This document shows positions 18,632 to 29,199 of a stretch of DNA of 64,000 nt, in pieces. Where the stretch lies: the NCBI GenBank assembly GCA_003152315.1, contig PLZV01000037.1, positions 41,679 to 105,678 of the forward strand. Direction: 5' to 3'. This DNA comes from Verrucomicrobiota bacterium (lineage in GTDB: Bacteria; Verrucomicrobiota; Verrucomicrobiia; Palsa-1439). A program made the translations under genes and the position numbers. Numbering within the stretch: the first letter of the stretch is position 1; each line of letters begins with the position of its first letter. The notes beneath the pieces were generated by a model. The model had not been told where the DNA came from and ran no database searches. It was given only the letters and a program-made list of their open reading frames with translations.

Positions 18632-19489
18632 ATGAAAAATCAAGCGTATGAACGTATCACCGAACGGATTGTTTCCTTGCTCGCGCAAGGCACCGTTCCT
18701 TGGCACAAGCCATGGCAGGCAAAAACTGGTTGGCCGCGAAACTATGTCTCTCAAAAAACGTATCGCGGTATCAATGTGTTCTTGCTCTCCGCCATGAGCT
18801 ACGAATCACCTTGCTGGCTCACGTTCCGTCAGGCATCACAGCTTGGCGGCACCGTCCGCAAGGGCGAGAAGGCGTGTCCCGTCGTCTTCTGGAAATCCCT
18901 GAAGATTGCGGACAAGGAATCTGGCGAGGACAAGAAAATTCCCCTGCTTCGCATCTATCACGTCTTCAATGCAGCCCAATGTGACGGATTGAATGATGCT
19001 CCACCCGTGACGGATGAAATCACCACGGTCAAACCGGCAGAGATTGTGGCGCACATGCCAGAGCCACCCGTCATCAAACACGGCATGGCCTGTGCCTTCT
19101 ATTCACCGCTCGAAGATTCCATCGGGATGCCCTTGCTGGAACGGTTCGATTCTGAGGAATGTTACTACGCCACCTTGTTCCACGAACTCATTCATTCCAC
19201 CGGCCACGAGAAGCGGTTGAAGCGGGCAACACTCGCTGAAAACAGGGGCTTCGGTTCCGATCCCTACTGTAAAGAGGAATTGATTGCCGAAATGGGCGCA
19301 GCGTTTCTGTGCGGGCAGGCCGAGATTGCCGAGCGGACGATTGATAGTTCTGCTGCGTATATCAAAGGTTGGCTTGAGCGGTTGCGTAATGACAAGACGC
19401 TGATTATACAGGCGGCAGCGCAGGCGCAGAAGGCGGCAGACTTAATTCTTGGCCGTACGTTTCAAGAAAGCGAGGCCGCCCATGACTGA
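18632..19489 (+). CDS. ardC: ArdC-like antirestriction protein (N-terminal ssDNA-binding DUF1738-type domain + C-terminal zincin metalloprotease)
   Basis: N-terminal TVPWHKPW...YRGINVFLL typical of ArdC. C-terminal HExxH motif within LFHELIHSTGHEKRL. AGGAG ribosome-binding site before the ATG at 18632. Confidence 0.8.
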   Translation: MKNQAYERITERIVSLLAQGTVPWHKPWQAKTGWPRNYVSQKTYRGINVFLLSAMSYESPCWLTFRQASQLGGTVRKGEKACPVVFWKSLKIADKESGEDKKIPLLRIYHVFNAAQCDGLNDAPPVTDEITTVKPAEIVAHMPEPPVIKHGMACAFYSPLEDSIGMPLLERFDSEECYYATLFHELIHSTGHEKRLKRATLAENRGFGSDPYCKEELIAEMGAAFLCGQAEIAERTIDSSAAYIKGWLERLRNDKTLIIQAAAQAQKAADLILGRTFQESEAAHD

Positions 19490-19558
19490 TTTAGAAAATC
19501 CAGTCAGACGGCGCATGGCTCTTCCTTTTTTGGCGTGTAGTGGATAATGCCGATCATA

Positions 19559-19596
19559 GGAGCGATTCTTCAATAAATGAAGGGTCGCTCCTTTTT
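19559..19596 (+). terminator. rho-independent terminator
   Basis: ggagcga...tcgctcc stem with an extended inner stem, followed by TTTTT. Confidence 0.55.
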
Positions 19597-19767
19597 CCAT
19601 TCACAACTCAGCATATTTTCAAAATCTTCACTTTCACTATTAGGTTGCGTTGATGGTGCCAGGCCCTAGACTTTCTTTGTTCCGCAGCTTTAACAAATGG
19701 GCAAGTTTCCGTGAATACCCACGGGGCTTTATTACATGGCACACAACACATACGAAAGGACATCGCT

Positions 19768-20199
19768 ATGCCCGACGAAATTACCATCACACCGAAATCG
19801 GAATCCACATCCGCCACTTCCGGGCAGGCAAATCAAAATGTCACTTTAGGCCGGACGCAGTTGGTCAGCCTTTGCGCCGCTGGTTTGGGCGTCAGCTTCT
19901 TTTTGCCGTGGGCGCATTTCTTTGGAGCCAATCCATCCGGCTTTGACCTGCAAAAATTGGGCGACGAGCAACGGCTGCTCTGGCTCATTCCCATTTTGTG
20001 CGCGATTACCATTTTTGCCGGTGTCACCAAGAGCAGGCAAAAACATGTCGGGCAACTGACCGGCGCACTTCCATTCTTCGTCGGAATTTACTGGTACTGC
20101 AAACTCGGCAGCGACCTGACGAACATCCTCGCTGCCGGTGCATACCTTTCGTTGATCTTCGGGGCAGCACTGTTTATCCTTGCGCGTAAGTCGAAATAA
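19768..20199 (+). CDS. hypothetical small membrane protein
   Basis: Predicted TM helices (LVSLCAAGLGVSFFL, LWLIPILCAITIFAGV, AAGAYLSLIFGAALFIL). AAGGA ribosome-binding site before the ATG at 19768. Confidence 0.45.
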   Translation: MPDEITITPKSESTSATSGQANQNVTLGRTQLVSLCAAGLGVSFFLPWAHFFGANPSGFDLQKLGDEQRLLWLIPILCAITIFAGVTKSRQKHVGQLTGALPFFVGIYWYCKLGSDLTNILAAGAYLSLIFGAALFILARKSK

Positions 20200-20210
20200 C
20201 CGCCAACCAC

Positions 20211-20924
20211 ATGGGACATATGTTTGGATTTTTTGAAAAGAAAAAGGCGGATGTTTTAAGTCACTGGTATTCACTCGTTCCCGGTTTCAACACTTCCACC
20301 AAGGAGTTTTATGAAGCCGTTGAGAAGGAGTTGAAACAGCGTGAAGTCCCCGGCCTGGAAATATTCCACGTTGATTTTGCCGAAGGCGGCATTTTATCCA
20401 GCAAGCGCGAGTATTTACGAATGACCCGCGAGCGATTGGTGTTCGATGTGTGCGCTGCGCCCTTCGGCACCAGCTACTTCTTCAGTTGCCGGTTTGCGGA
20501 AATTCCGGCTGTTATCAGACTGTGGCAGTTGTTCGTGGTGTTGATAGCTGCATTGCTGACCGTGGCATTGGCGTTCAAACTTTTAGGATTCATCCTTGGC
20601 GTTGTCGTGCTTCTTGCCGGTTTTGTGTTCCTGATGTACACGCTCCGCAATGCGGTCGCCATGGGGTTGCAAGACCTCGATGCCACGCTCATCAAATCTC
20701 CTGTGGTTGGTCCGATTTATGAAAACTGGTTTCGCAAAGAGACATACTACCGTCACGACACCCGTCTCATGTATTGCGACACGGTGAACGCTGTCGCCAA
20801 AGCCAAGGTGGAAGAAACCACCGGCGCAAAGGGCATCAAATTAGTTCGGTTCAACGAATACAGCCCCATTTTTGGCGAACTCTACAAACCAACCATTGTG
20901 CCACTGCCCAAGGAACCATCCTGA
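20211..20924 (+). CDS. hypothetical membrane protein
   Basis: Central hydrophobic hairpin (LWQLFVVLIAALLTVALAFKLLGFILGVVVLLAGFVFLMY). Tightly spaced with its neighbours, consistent with an operon. Confidence 0.5.
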   Translation: MGHMFGFFEKKKADVLSHWYSLVPGFNTSTKEFYEAVEKELKQREVPGLEIFHVDFAEGGILSSKREYLRMTRERLVFDVCAAPFGTSYFFSCRFAEIPAVIRLWQLFVVLIAALLTVALAFKLLGFILGVVVLLAGFVFLMYTLRNAVAMGLQDLDATLIKSPVVGPIYENWFRKETYYRHDTRLMYCDTVNAVAKAKVEETTGAKGIKLVRFNEYSPIFGELYKPTIVPLPKEPS

Positions 20925-20930
20925 CGCCTT

Positions 20931-23900
20931 ATGTCCCAGCTCGACGAACAATTGAGCGCAGAGTTTCACCGCTGGGAACAACGTGGACGCGGCTGGCAGG
21001 TGTTTTCCGAACCCGTTCAACCCGAACCGGCTTTTGTCCCTTTCAATGGCCATTATCTCCCTGCCACAGCGCCCATTGATGACGGAGCCAGGCCGACCTT
21101 TTTGAGTTCGCTGGTGCAAAAAGTGAGCCGAAGGTTAAGCACCGAAACGGTAGCACCACCGGCTATGCCCGAACCCGAAGAAGAGCTAGAACCGACCGCA
21201 CTCATCCGTGAATCACTGGTGGAATTACAGGCATCGCTCCCGGACAAGCTCGATATTTCCAAGGAAACGTTCGAGCAGTTTCTTCTGAATCTTTCATTGT
21301 GCCGCGAACCCATCGCCTTTGAACTGCTTGGCACGCATACAAAGGTTGCGGCGCAGTTTGTTGCCAGTAAGAGCGACGTTGCGTTGCTCCGCCGCCAGTT
21401 GCAGGCGTATTTTCCAGAGGCCGTGTTTGTCACCCGTGAAGGCGGCTTGGATCAAGCATGGGATACGAGCCAGGGCGATGAAGTCTTGGCGGTGGAATTC
21501 GGCCTTAAACACGAATTCATGCTGCCGCTTGCCAGTGGGAGACTTGACCCGTTCATTGGGATCGTGGGCGCGCTCTCAGAGTTGCAGCCGGGTGAACTAG
21601 GGCTTTTCCAAGTCCTGTTCCAGCCGGTGCAGCATCCGTGGGCGGAAAACATTGTGTTTTCCGTAACGCATGCTGACGGCAAGCCGTTTTTCATCAATTC
21701 ACCGGAACTGGCCGGGGCAGCGGAAAACAAAGTCGCCCACCCACTATATGCCGCCGTTGTCCGCATTCTGCTTCGCGTAGGTGAGTTTGACCGCCTGTTG
21801 CAACTGGCCCGCGACCTGGCCGGATCACTGCGCGTCTTCGCGCACCAGAACGGCAACGAACTCATCCCGCTTCATAACGACGATTACCCGTTCGAGGAAC
21901 ACATTGAGGACGTGTTGCGCCGCCAGACCCGGCGAACGGGAATGTTGTTGAACAGCGACGAGCTTACCGGCTTTGTCCATCTGCCGTCGAGTGCCGTTCG
22001 CTCGCCCGTTTTTCAACGGCAAACGACCAAGACCAAGGCGGCACCCGCCATAGTCCGCAAGCGGGGCCTGTTGCTCGGCACTAATGACCATGCAGGCGAA
22101 ATAGTTGAAGTCAGATTGTCCGCCGAACAGCGCACACGGCACACGCACGTGATCGGTGCAAGCGGCACGGGCAAGTCCACACTGCTTTTCAATCTCATCC
22201 GGCAGGACATTGAAAACGGTGAAGGCGTGGCCGTGCTTGACCCTCACGGTGATTTGATTGACCGCATTTGCGGCATCATCCCGCCGGAGAGGATTGACGA
22301 CGTGGTATTGCTCGACCCGGCGGACGATCAATTTTCAATCGGATTCAATATTCTCTCGGCCCATTCCGATTTGGAGAAAAATCTTTTGGCGTCCGACTTG
22401 GTTGCCGTCTTCCAACGTCTCTCGACCAGTTGGGGCGACCAGATGAACAGCGTGCTACAAAATGCGATTCTTGCGTTTCTGGAAAGCGACCGGCGCGGCA
22501 CCATTGCTGACGTGCGCCGATTCCTGATTGAACCCGCCTTTCGGAATGAATTCCTGAAATCCGTCAAAGACTCCGAAGTCGTCTATTACTGGCAGAAAAG
22601 TTTTCCCCACCTCTCCGGCAACAAATCCATTGGCTCGATTTTGACGAGGCTCGACACATTCCTTGCCCAAAAGCCCATCCGCCACATGGTCTCCCAGCGG
22701 GAGAACCGGCTGGATTTCGCGCACATCATGGATACTGGCAAAATCTTTCTGGCGAAACTGCCGGAGGGACTTTTGGGCCGGGAAAACTCATATTTGCTCG
22801 GCACATTGATGGTGTCAAAGTTCCAGCAGATTGCCATGAGCCGGCAGGCGCAGCAGATCGCCGCCCGGCGGGACTACTGGCTTTACATCGACGAGTTCGC
22901 CAATTTCATCACGCCCTCTATGGCGGAGATTTTGAGCGGGGCGCGAAAGTATCGCATCGGCCTGACGCTGGCACATCACGAGTTGCATCAGTTGCAGCGC
23001 AATCCCGAAGTGGCGAGCGCCGTCATGTCGCATCCCTACACGCGAATCGTGTTTCGTGTTGGCGATGACGACGCTAAGAAACTTGCCGAAAGTTTTTCAT
23101 ATTTCGAGGCGAAGGATTTGCGGAACTTGGAGACCGGACAAGCCATTGTGAGGGTAGAGCGTGGCGATTTTGATTTTAACCTCACCGTTCCTTTGCCGGA
23201 GAAACCGGACGAAGCGGCAGCCACCGCACGACGGCAGGAAGTCATAACGTGTTCGAGAAAAAAATATGGCACAGCACGGGCGGACATTGAGACCCAGCTT
23301 GCACAGTCGCGGGCAACACTTGATGGGCAGCCTGTCAGTCGCACCATTTCCAATCCGCCACTGGCGTTGAAGACATCCGTTCCCGACCGCACGCCAGCAC
23401 ATTCGGAAATGCCGGAACCTGCGGGACCACCGAAGGCGGCAGTGCCGCCCGACAAGGATGAAGCCACGCCGTCGAAAGCGCCACAGACGGTTACTGGTGG
23501 CCGTCCGCAAGGATCACCACGCGATTTAGGCCGGGGCGGGGCGCAGCACCAAGCCACTCAGAAACGCATCAAAGAGGCAGCGGAAGGCCTTGGTTTCCGC
23601 AGTATCATTGAAAAGCCGGTGTTGGATGGTCAGGGGAGCGTGGACTTGTGGTTGGAGCGCACCGGCCAGGAAATCGCCTGTGAAATCTCCATTACAACGA
23701 CCATTGACCATGAAGTAGGCAATGTCGCCAAGTGCTTGAAGGCCGGGCTTCCGAAAGTGGCCGTGATTTGTCTGGACGAGGAACGCTTGCAGAAGATCAG
23801 CAATGCCGTTTCCGGCAGTCTTGGCGCAACATTAGCGGCGCAGGTTGAGTATTTCCAGCCCGCCGCGTTCATCGCGCATTTGAAGGCGTTGCCGCCGCCA

Positions 23901-24035
23901 GCACCAGAGACTCCCGAAACCACATATGGCGGTTACAAGGTCAAACGCTCGGTGCCAAAATTGTCCGCAACGGAGCAGAAGCAGAAAGAGGACGTTGCCA
24001 ACCGCATCATGGCCGAGACGATGCGCCGAAAGTAA
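20931..24035 (+). CDS. large multidomain VirD4/TraG-like P-loop ATPase (about 380-aa N-terminal unknown domain + ATPase core + Pro-rich linker + C-terminal possible PD-(D/E)xK-like domain)
   Basis: Walker A HVIGASGTGKSTLL, then AVLDPHGD, and Walker B WLYIDEFANFIT. The core is clearly paralogous to the 5332-6699 product. The C-terminal region reads ...VDLWLERTGQEIACEIS...K. Confidence 0.7.
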   Translation: MSQLDEQLSAEFHRWEQRGRGWQVFSEPVQPEPAFVPFNGHYLPATAPIDDGARPTFLSSLVQKVSRRLSTETVAPPAMPEPEEELEPTALIRESLVELQASLPDKLDISKETFEQFLLNLSLCREPIAFELLGTHTKVAAQFVASKSDVALLRRQLQAYFPEAVFVTREGGLDQAWDTSQGDEVLAVEFGLKHEFMLPLASGRLDPFIGIVGALSELQPGELGLFQVLFQPVQHPWAENIVFSVTHADGKPFFINSPELAGAAENKVAHPLYAAVVRILLRVGEFDRLLQLARDLAGSLRVFAHQNGNELIPLHNDDYPFEEHIEDVLRRQTRRTGMLLNSDELTGFVHLPSSAVRSPVFQRQTTKTKAAPAIVRKRGLLLGTNDHAGEIVEVRLSAEQRTRHTHVIGASGTGKSTLLFNLIRQDIENGEGVAVLDPHGDLIDRICGIIPPERIDDVVLLDPADDQFSIGFNILSAHSDLEKNLLASDLVAVFQRLSTSWGDQMNSVLQNAILAFLESDRRGTIADVRRFLIEPAFRNEFLKSVKDSEVVYYWQKSFPHLSGNKSIGSILTRLDTFLAQKPIRHMVSQRENRLDFAHIMDTGKIFLAKLPEGLLGRENSYLLGTLMVSKFQQIAMSRQAQQIAARRDYWLYIDEFANFITPSMAEILSGARKYRIGLTLAHHELHQLQRNPEVASAVMSHPYTRIVFRVGDDDAKKLAESFSYFEAKDLRNLETGQAIVRVERGDFDFNLTVPLPEKPDEAAATARRQEVITCSRKKYGTARADIETQLAQSRATLDGQPVSRTISNPPLALKTSVPDRTPAHSEMPEPAGPPKAAVPPDKDEATPSKAPQTVTGGRPQGSPRDLGRGGAQHQATQKRIKEAAEGLGFRSIIEKPVLDGQGSVDLWLERTGQEIACEISITTTIDHEVGNVAKCLKAGLPKVAVICLDEERLQKISNAVSGSLGATLAAQVEYFQPAAFIAHLKALPPPAPETPETTYGGYKVKRSVPKLSATEQKQKEDVANRIMAETMRRK

Positions 24036-24053
24036 TTCCGCACCGTACAAGCG

Positions 24054-24290
24054 TCATTTCTTTTCCAGATAAAAGACCGGTCCAACCACCTTGAACGGCG
24101 AGTAGGCTTCAATCATCCGCGTGCGAAGCTTTGCCAGACTCTGCTCAGGGCTTTCTTCCGCATGGAAAATGGATGTCTGTGACACGCCCATGTCTCGCGC
24201 AACTTGCGCCCGTGTTTTTCCGGCTTTTTTTCGCATCCGTTTGGCGAACGCCGCCAATTCCACTTCGGATAAGAATTCTTTTTTCGACAT
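24054..24290 (-). CDS. small HTH DNA-binding protein (XRE/excisionase-like)
   Basis: HTH-like segment RAQVARDMGVSQTSIFHAEE. ATG at 24290. Divergent from the recombinase gene. Confidence 0.5.
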   Translation of the reverse strand: MSKKEFLSEVELAAFAKRMRKKAGKTRAQVARDMGVSQTSIFHAEESPEQSLAKLRTRMIEAYSPFKVVGPVFYLEKK

Positions 24291-24373
24291 GCGAAAGATG
24301 TAGCCTGTTATAGGCAATATAGCTACACTTTTTTCTTGCGTTGCCCCGGTGATCTTTGATATGAAGTTATGCT

Positions 24374-25864
24374 GTGAAGGACAACAGTGTTTTGAACAAA
24401 CCGGTTGGCATCTGGATTCGGGTTTCCACCGAAGACCAAGCCAAGGGCGAGAGCCCAGAACACCATGAGGATCGCGCCCGCAGCTACGTTAAAAGCCGTG
24501 GCTGGCAGGTCAAAGAGGTCTATGATTTGGCCGGGCAAAGCGGCAAGGCCGTCATGCAGCATCCCGAAGCCAAGCGGATGATGAAAGATGTAGAGCGCGG
24601 CCACATCACCGGCTTGGTGTTTTCCAAGCTCGCCCGCCTGTCCCGCAACCGGCGCGAACTGGAGGACTTCGCCGACTATTTCAACAAACACAACGCTGAC
24701 CTCATTTCGTTAAGCGAAGCTATTGACACCAGCACCGCCGGAGGCCGGATGTTCTTCCATTTGCTAGGCGTGTTCGCACAGTGGGAACGCGAGGAGATCA
24801 CCGAGCGCGTCAATGCGTCGGTGTTGACTCGCGCCAAGCTGGGCAAGTCCATCAATGGCAGCGCCCCCTACGGCTACCAATGGAAAGACCGCAAGCTGGT
24901 CATCCAACCAGAGGAAGCAGCCATCCGCCGCAAAGCCTATGAACTGTTTGTGCAGTTCCGGCGCAAAGGTCAGGTTGCCAAGCAACTAAACGCCGCTGGC
25001 TATCGCACTCGCGACGGCAACATCTGGCGTGACACCGGGATTGTGCGAATCTTGGATGAATCCAGCGCCAAAGGCGTTTATTTGTTCAATACCATGCGCC
25101 AGACAGGAACATGGCGCACCGAAGCCAAGCCAGAAGGCGAGTGGGGCAAGGTCGAATGCCAACCGATTGTGTCCGAAGACCTGTGGAATCAGGTGAATCA
25201 GATCATTGAGGAGCAGTTGAAGGCCTGGAAGAAGCCCGGCAAACCGCCGGTGCATCTGTTCAGCGGACTCGCGACTTGTTCCTGCGGTCACAGAATGTAT
25301 GTCGCCGCCAACAGCCCGAAATACTTCTGCCGGAAGTGTTGCAACAAGATTCCAATTGTGGACTTGGAAAACATAGTCCGGGACGAGTTAAAGGCGTTTT
25401 TCGGCCAGCCGGAGCGGATTGCCAACCACTTGCAGGAGGCCGACCGGAACTTGGTCGAAAAGTCCGCCTTGCTGGAGGCCCACCAGCGCGAGATTCAAAA
25501 GGTGCGGGATGAAATGACCCGGACGCACCGACTCTACATTCAGGAGCAAATCACCGCCCAAGGCTTTGGCGACTTCTACAAACCGGCAGAGCAGCGATTG
25601 AACCAGCTTATGGCAGAACTACCCAAGCTGGAGGCCGAGGTGGATTTCTTGAAGGTCAACAAGCTGTCTGCGGACGACGTGGTGCATGAAGCCCATTCCC
25701 TGCACGAACGGTGGCCGAAAATGGCCGTGGTGGACAAACGGAAGATCGTTGAAGCCATCATCGAAAAGATCGTGATCGGTGACGGTGAAATTGACATAAC
25801 CTTCTCGCATGGGCCTACTTCTATAGAACAATGCAAAAACCAGCAGGGGTTAGGATTGAGGTGA
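24374..25864 (+). CDS. large serine recombinase
   Basis: VGIWIRVSTEDQ catalytic Ser motif. Zinc ribbon CSCGH...CRKCC. C-terminal coiled-coil. GTG start at 24374. Confidence 0.85.
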   Translation: MKDNSVLNKPVGIWIRVSTEDQAKGESPEHHEDRARSYVKSRGWQVKEVYDLAGQSGKAVMQHPEAKRMMKDVERGHITGLVFSKLARLSRNRRELEDFADYFNKHNADLISLSEAIDTSTAGGRMFFHLLGVFAQWEREEITERVNASVLTRAKLGKSINGSAPYGYQWKDRKLVIQPEEAAIRRKAYELFVQFRRKGQVAKQLNAAGYRTRDGNIWRDTGIVRILDESSAKGVYLFNTMRQTGTWRTEAKPEGEWGKVECQPIVSEDLWNQVNQIIEEQLKAWKKPGKPPVHLFSGLATCSCGHRMYVAANSPKYFCRKCCNKIPIVDLENIVRDELKAFFGQPERIANHLQEADRNLVEKSALLEAHQREIQKVRDEMTRTHRLYIQEQITAQGFGDFYKPAEQRLNQLMAELPKLEAEVDFLKVNKLSADDVVHEAHSLHERWPKMAVVDKRKIVEAIIEKIVIGDGEIDITFSHGPTSIEQCKNQQGLGLR

Positions 25865-26342
25865 GGGGTATTTTAGCACCTCTGTCGCGCCATGGCACGA
25901 GGTGCGATGGCGGATCCCAGTCCCCCTTGAAATTTGGACGTTGTGCGTTCATTTGTTTCCTGTTTCCCCGGACTATACCCATCCCATCACACCATGTCCA
26001 GTAAAAAAATCGAATAACGATAGATAATTGCAGCATGGGCTGCGCGAATTCACCAGATCTATGCATCACCTTGAAAATCGAAAGGCCGAAAATGATAATC
26101 AAAGGGCCGAAAAACGAACGATTCCTGATTGACACACGTTCCGAAGTCTTGTATTTGGAAACTATGGTGACACGGTGACGTGGCCGTGTCGGGTTGAGTT
26201 CGGCAACGGGTTTGGAAGGTGAAAAAACAAGCTGGCGAAAGCATGTAATGTTACTGTGGACCCGCAGTAAAACGTTTTTACTTTACTTCTCATTTCAGTT
26301 GTGGTTAGTTTGAAACACGGCATTGGACGGAGGCCTCTCAAT

Positions 26343-27161
26343 ATGCGGAAAAATCTATGGTTTGCCAGTCGTGAAACAACGGCACGAAGAGCCGCCTTCA
26401 CCTTGATCGAACTCCTTGTCGTCATCGCCATCATCGGCATTCTCGCCGCGATGCTCCTGCCCGCTCTCAACAAGGCGAGAGAAAAGGGACGGCGTGCCGT
26501 TTGCATCAGCAACCTGCACCAGATCGGCTTGGGAATGCTGTCTTATGCGGACGATTTCGATGGCTCCTTCCCGAACGGTCCGGCCGGCACAGACCTGAGC
26601 AGTTCTACCGCGTTCATCCTGAATTCCGAAGTCGGTACAACTGCGACGCCAACGATTGGCAATGGCAATGTGGGAGGACTCAACGCTTTCGCCCGTTATC
26701 TCGTGAAGAAGAAGTATCTTCCATCCGCAGGGGTATGGGTCTGTCCCAGTGACAAGATCAGCGGCAGCAGCAAAAGCCCGGTTTACGTTGCGCAGGGGAC
26801 TGCAGTCTATCCCCAGCCGTGGCAGACAATCGGCAAGTACAATGGTGGGTTCAATATCAGCTATTTCTATATCGCGAGAATGACCACAAAACTGCCCACC
26901 AAAGGTTCGAGCACAGGTGGCCTCTACATGTTGATGGCTGACCGCGCCAATGAGTCTAGCCATGAGACACCCGATCTGAAATCAGACGACAATCATGGCA
27001 CCGATGGGCGTAACGTTCTATACAATGACGGTCATATTGAATGGAAGAACGGCCCGGTAATCAGCGACCTTTACACCATCATCCAACAGGATTGGGGCCA
27101 ATACGGTACGTCGGATGTGTGTCCGGGAGGGTGTCCTCAAACCACCGGACAGGATACCTGA
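26343..27161 (+). CDS. prepilin-type N-terminal cleavage/methylation domain protein (DUF1559-like pseudopilin)
   Basis: [37 protein letters not shown]...[15 protein letters not shown]. Confidence 0.7.
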   Translation: MRKNLWFASRETTARRAAFTLIELLVVIAIIGILAAMLLPALNKAREKGRRAVCISNLHQIGLGMLSYADDFDGSFPNGPAGTDLSSSTAFILNSEVGTTATPTIGNGNVGGLNAFARYLVKKKYLPSAGVWVCPSDKISGSSKSPVYVAQGTAVYPQPWQTIGKYNGGFNISYFYIARMTTKLPTKGSSTGGLYMLMADRANESSHETPDLKSDDNHGTDGRNVLYNDGHIEWKNGPVISDLYTIIQQDWGQYGTSDVCPGGCPQTTGQDT

Positions 27162-27257
27162 TTTCTGACATCATCTTTGAGGCTTAAATCCTTATAGATC
27201 CACCTCATAAGCCCGAGGCTCACCTCGGCTGACAATCCCTCGGTCAGGGCGCTTCAG

Positions 27258-28028
27258 ATGCGAATTAAGTCATCCCTCTCGAACACCACCGGTTTTACGC
27301 TCATTGAGTTGCTGGTCGTTATTGCGATCATCGGGATCCTCGCGGCGATGTTGCTCCCCGCGCTCAACAAGGCGCGGGAAAAGGGACGGCGTGCCGTTTG
27401 CCTCAGCAACCTGCACCAGATCGGCCTGGGAATGCTGTCTTATGCGGACGATTTCGATGGCTGGTTCCCCACCGGTTCAGCGGGAGACGTGAATGCTGGG
27501 TCGGGGCAGCAGTTGAATTCCGAAATCGGTTCGCCGGCTGGCGGTGCGGGTGATGTGGGGCAGTTCGCCTGCTATGCCCGGTACCTCGTGAAGAAGCACT
27601 ATGTACCGAGCACCGGCGTATTCGTCTGCCCCAGCCATAGGGTCACTGCGGGCGGGAAGGCAGTCTCCATCGCGCAAGCCGGCACGGCACTTCATCCATT
27701 ACCGTGGGAGAACATCCAGTGGTACAATCTCAGTTACTTCTATATCGTAAAGTTGACCACGAAATTGCCCCGTAAAGGTAGCAGCACGGGCGGGCTGTAC
27801 ATGTTGATGGCCGACCGATCCAATGCGGTGGCCGGCGACACACCTCTTCTTACAGCCGACAGTCCTCACGGCATGGACGGGCGCAATGTTCTCTACAACG
27901 ATGGCCATCTTGAATGGGCGAACGGCCCAAACATCAGCGATCTGTACCTGCTGATCCAGAACGATTGGGGTGATTTCAACGTCGACGGTTCTGCGTCACC
28001 CCAAACCGAAGGCCAGCAGAACTATTGA
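27258..28028 (+). CDS. prepilin-type N-terminal cleavage/methylation domain protein (tandem paralog)
   Basis: [57 protein letters not shown]. Same architecture as the upstream gene. Confidence 0.7.
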   Translation: MRIKSSLSNTTGFTLIELLVVIAIIGILAAMLLPALNKAREKGRRAVCLSNLHQIGLGMLSYADDFDGWFPTGSAGDVNAGSGQQLNSEIGSPAGGAGDVGQFACYARYLVKKHYVPSTGVFVCPSHRVTAGGKAVSIAQAGTALHPLPWENIQWYNLSYFYIVKLTTKLPRKGSSTGGLYMLMADRSNAVAGDTPLLTADSPHGMDGRNVLYNDGHLEWANGPNISDLYLLIQNDWGDFNVDGSASPQTEGQQNY

Positions 28029-28464
28029 TTTTCAGGGCTAATCATCCTGCCGGATGATAGAGCTCTTTACTGCCCTTGTCAGCGTTACCTTCCCCATGTC
28101 GAGTCTAAGCTGCGAAGTTCTCCCTAATCCAGAAGGCCAATGGCGCATTTTGCAACACGTCTCAAGAGGCATAGTGGTGCATCACAGTTCATTTGATAGA
28201 TAGGCGCGACCCCCGTAGTGGGAGGTTGTCCCCAACGGGGACTCACGTCCGGGCGCGCCGAATGCGCGGCCATCTCTGCGGGGCCAGGGTTAATCTGCCC
28301 TCCAACCTTCCTTCGGCGAAAGAAAGTTGCTAAAAAGTGTTGACACCCGGTTGCGAAACCGATATACCCGATACTGACGTTTGGAGCGCTTTACCAGTAT
28401 GGCAAAGCGAAACGTCAAGCGACGAGGCGAGGGTAAACATTCTAAGACGAGGGAGATTAGGCAT

Positions 28465-29199
28465 ATGAAGCGAGTATCGAGTAGTATTCTTTTTGCAAGC
28501 ATTCTGGCGGCGATTGCCATTGCCGCGCCAGCTATGGCCCAGACTTATCCGCTGTATGTGACGGGTGCGTTCGACGGTTGGACTGGCAGTGGCCCTGTGA
28601 TGACCCTGGTAAGTGGGGTGCCCGGTAGTACCGCTATCTGGCAGGCGACCGTGAACATGCCCGTCGGACGAAACGAGTTCAAGATCACCGAAGGGGATTG
28701 GGGTTGGGCCGCACCGGGCAGCGGTAACGGTTGGACCTATACGGACGGCGCTGGAAACACCACGATCACCTACGACCAGAATACGTACGCCGACGGTTGG
28801 AGCCCCGCTAGCGGGCGCCTCAGCAGTAATATTGATCCGGGCACTTGGACAGCTGTGGGAGACTGGCAGACCTCGCCTTGGAACAATGCGGACGCCACCA
28901 CGTCAATGACGTCACTTGGCGGCGGCATTTATGAGTACGCGGCAACGATCGCCACCCCGGGCACGTGGCAATACAAAGCGGTGGATACCGGCTCGTGGGA
29001 TGCCATCGGCGCGGATGGGCTCAGCATCAATGCGAACAACCTCGCGTTCACGACCGTGAACCCAAACCAGCAAGTTGACATGCTTGTGAACGCGTCGAAC
29101 GGAACCATCGAGACGGTTCTTGTTCCTGAGCCATCTACGATCGGTCTCGTAGTGGTCGGATTGTTCGGCGCATTGACCATCCGCCGTCGCAAAGCCTAA
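28465..29199 (+). CDS. PEP-CTERM sorting-domain secreted protein
   Basis: Signal peptide MKRVSSSILFASILAAIAIAAPAMA. C-terminal VPEPSTIGLVVVGLFGALTIRRRKA (PEP + TM + basic tail). Confidence 0.7.
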   Translation: MKRVSSSILFASILAAIAIAAPAMAQTYPLYVTGAFDGWTGSGPVMTLVSGVPGSTAIWQATVNMPVGRNEFKITEGDWGWAAPGSGNGWTYTDGAGNTTITYDQNTYADGWSPASGRLSSNIDPGTWTAVGDWQTSPWNNADATTSMTSLGGGIYEYAATIATPGTWQYKAVDTGSWDAIGADGLSINANNLAFTTVNPNQQVDMLVNASNGTIETVLVPEPSTIGLVVVGLFGALTIRRRKA

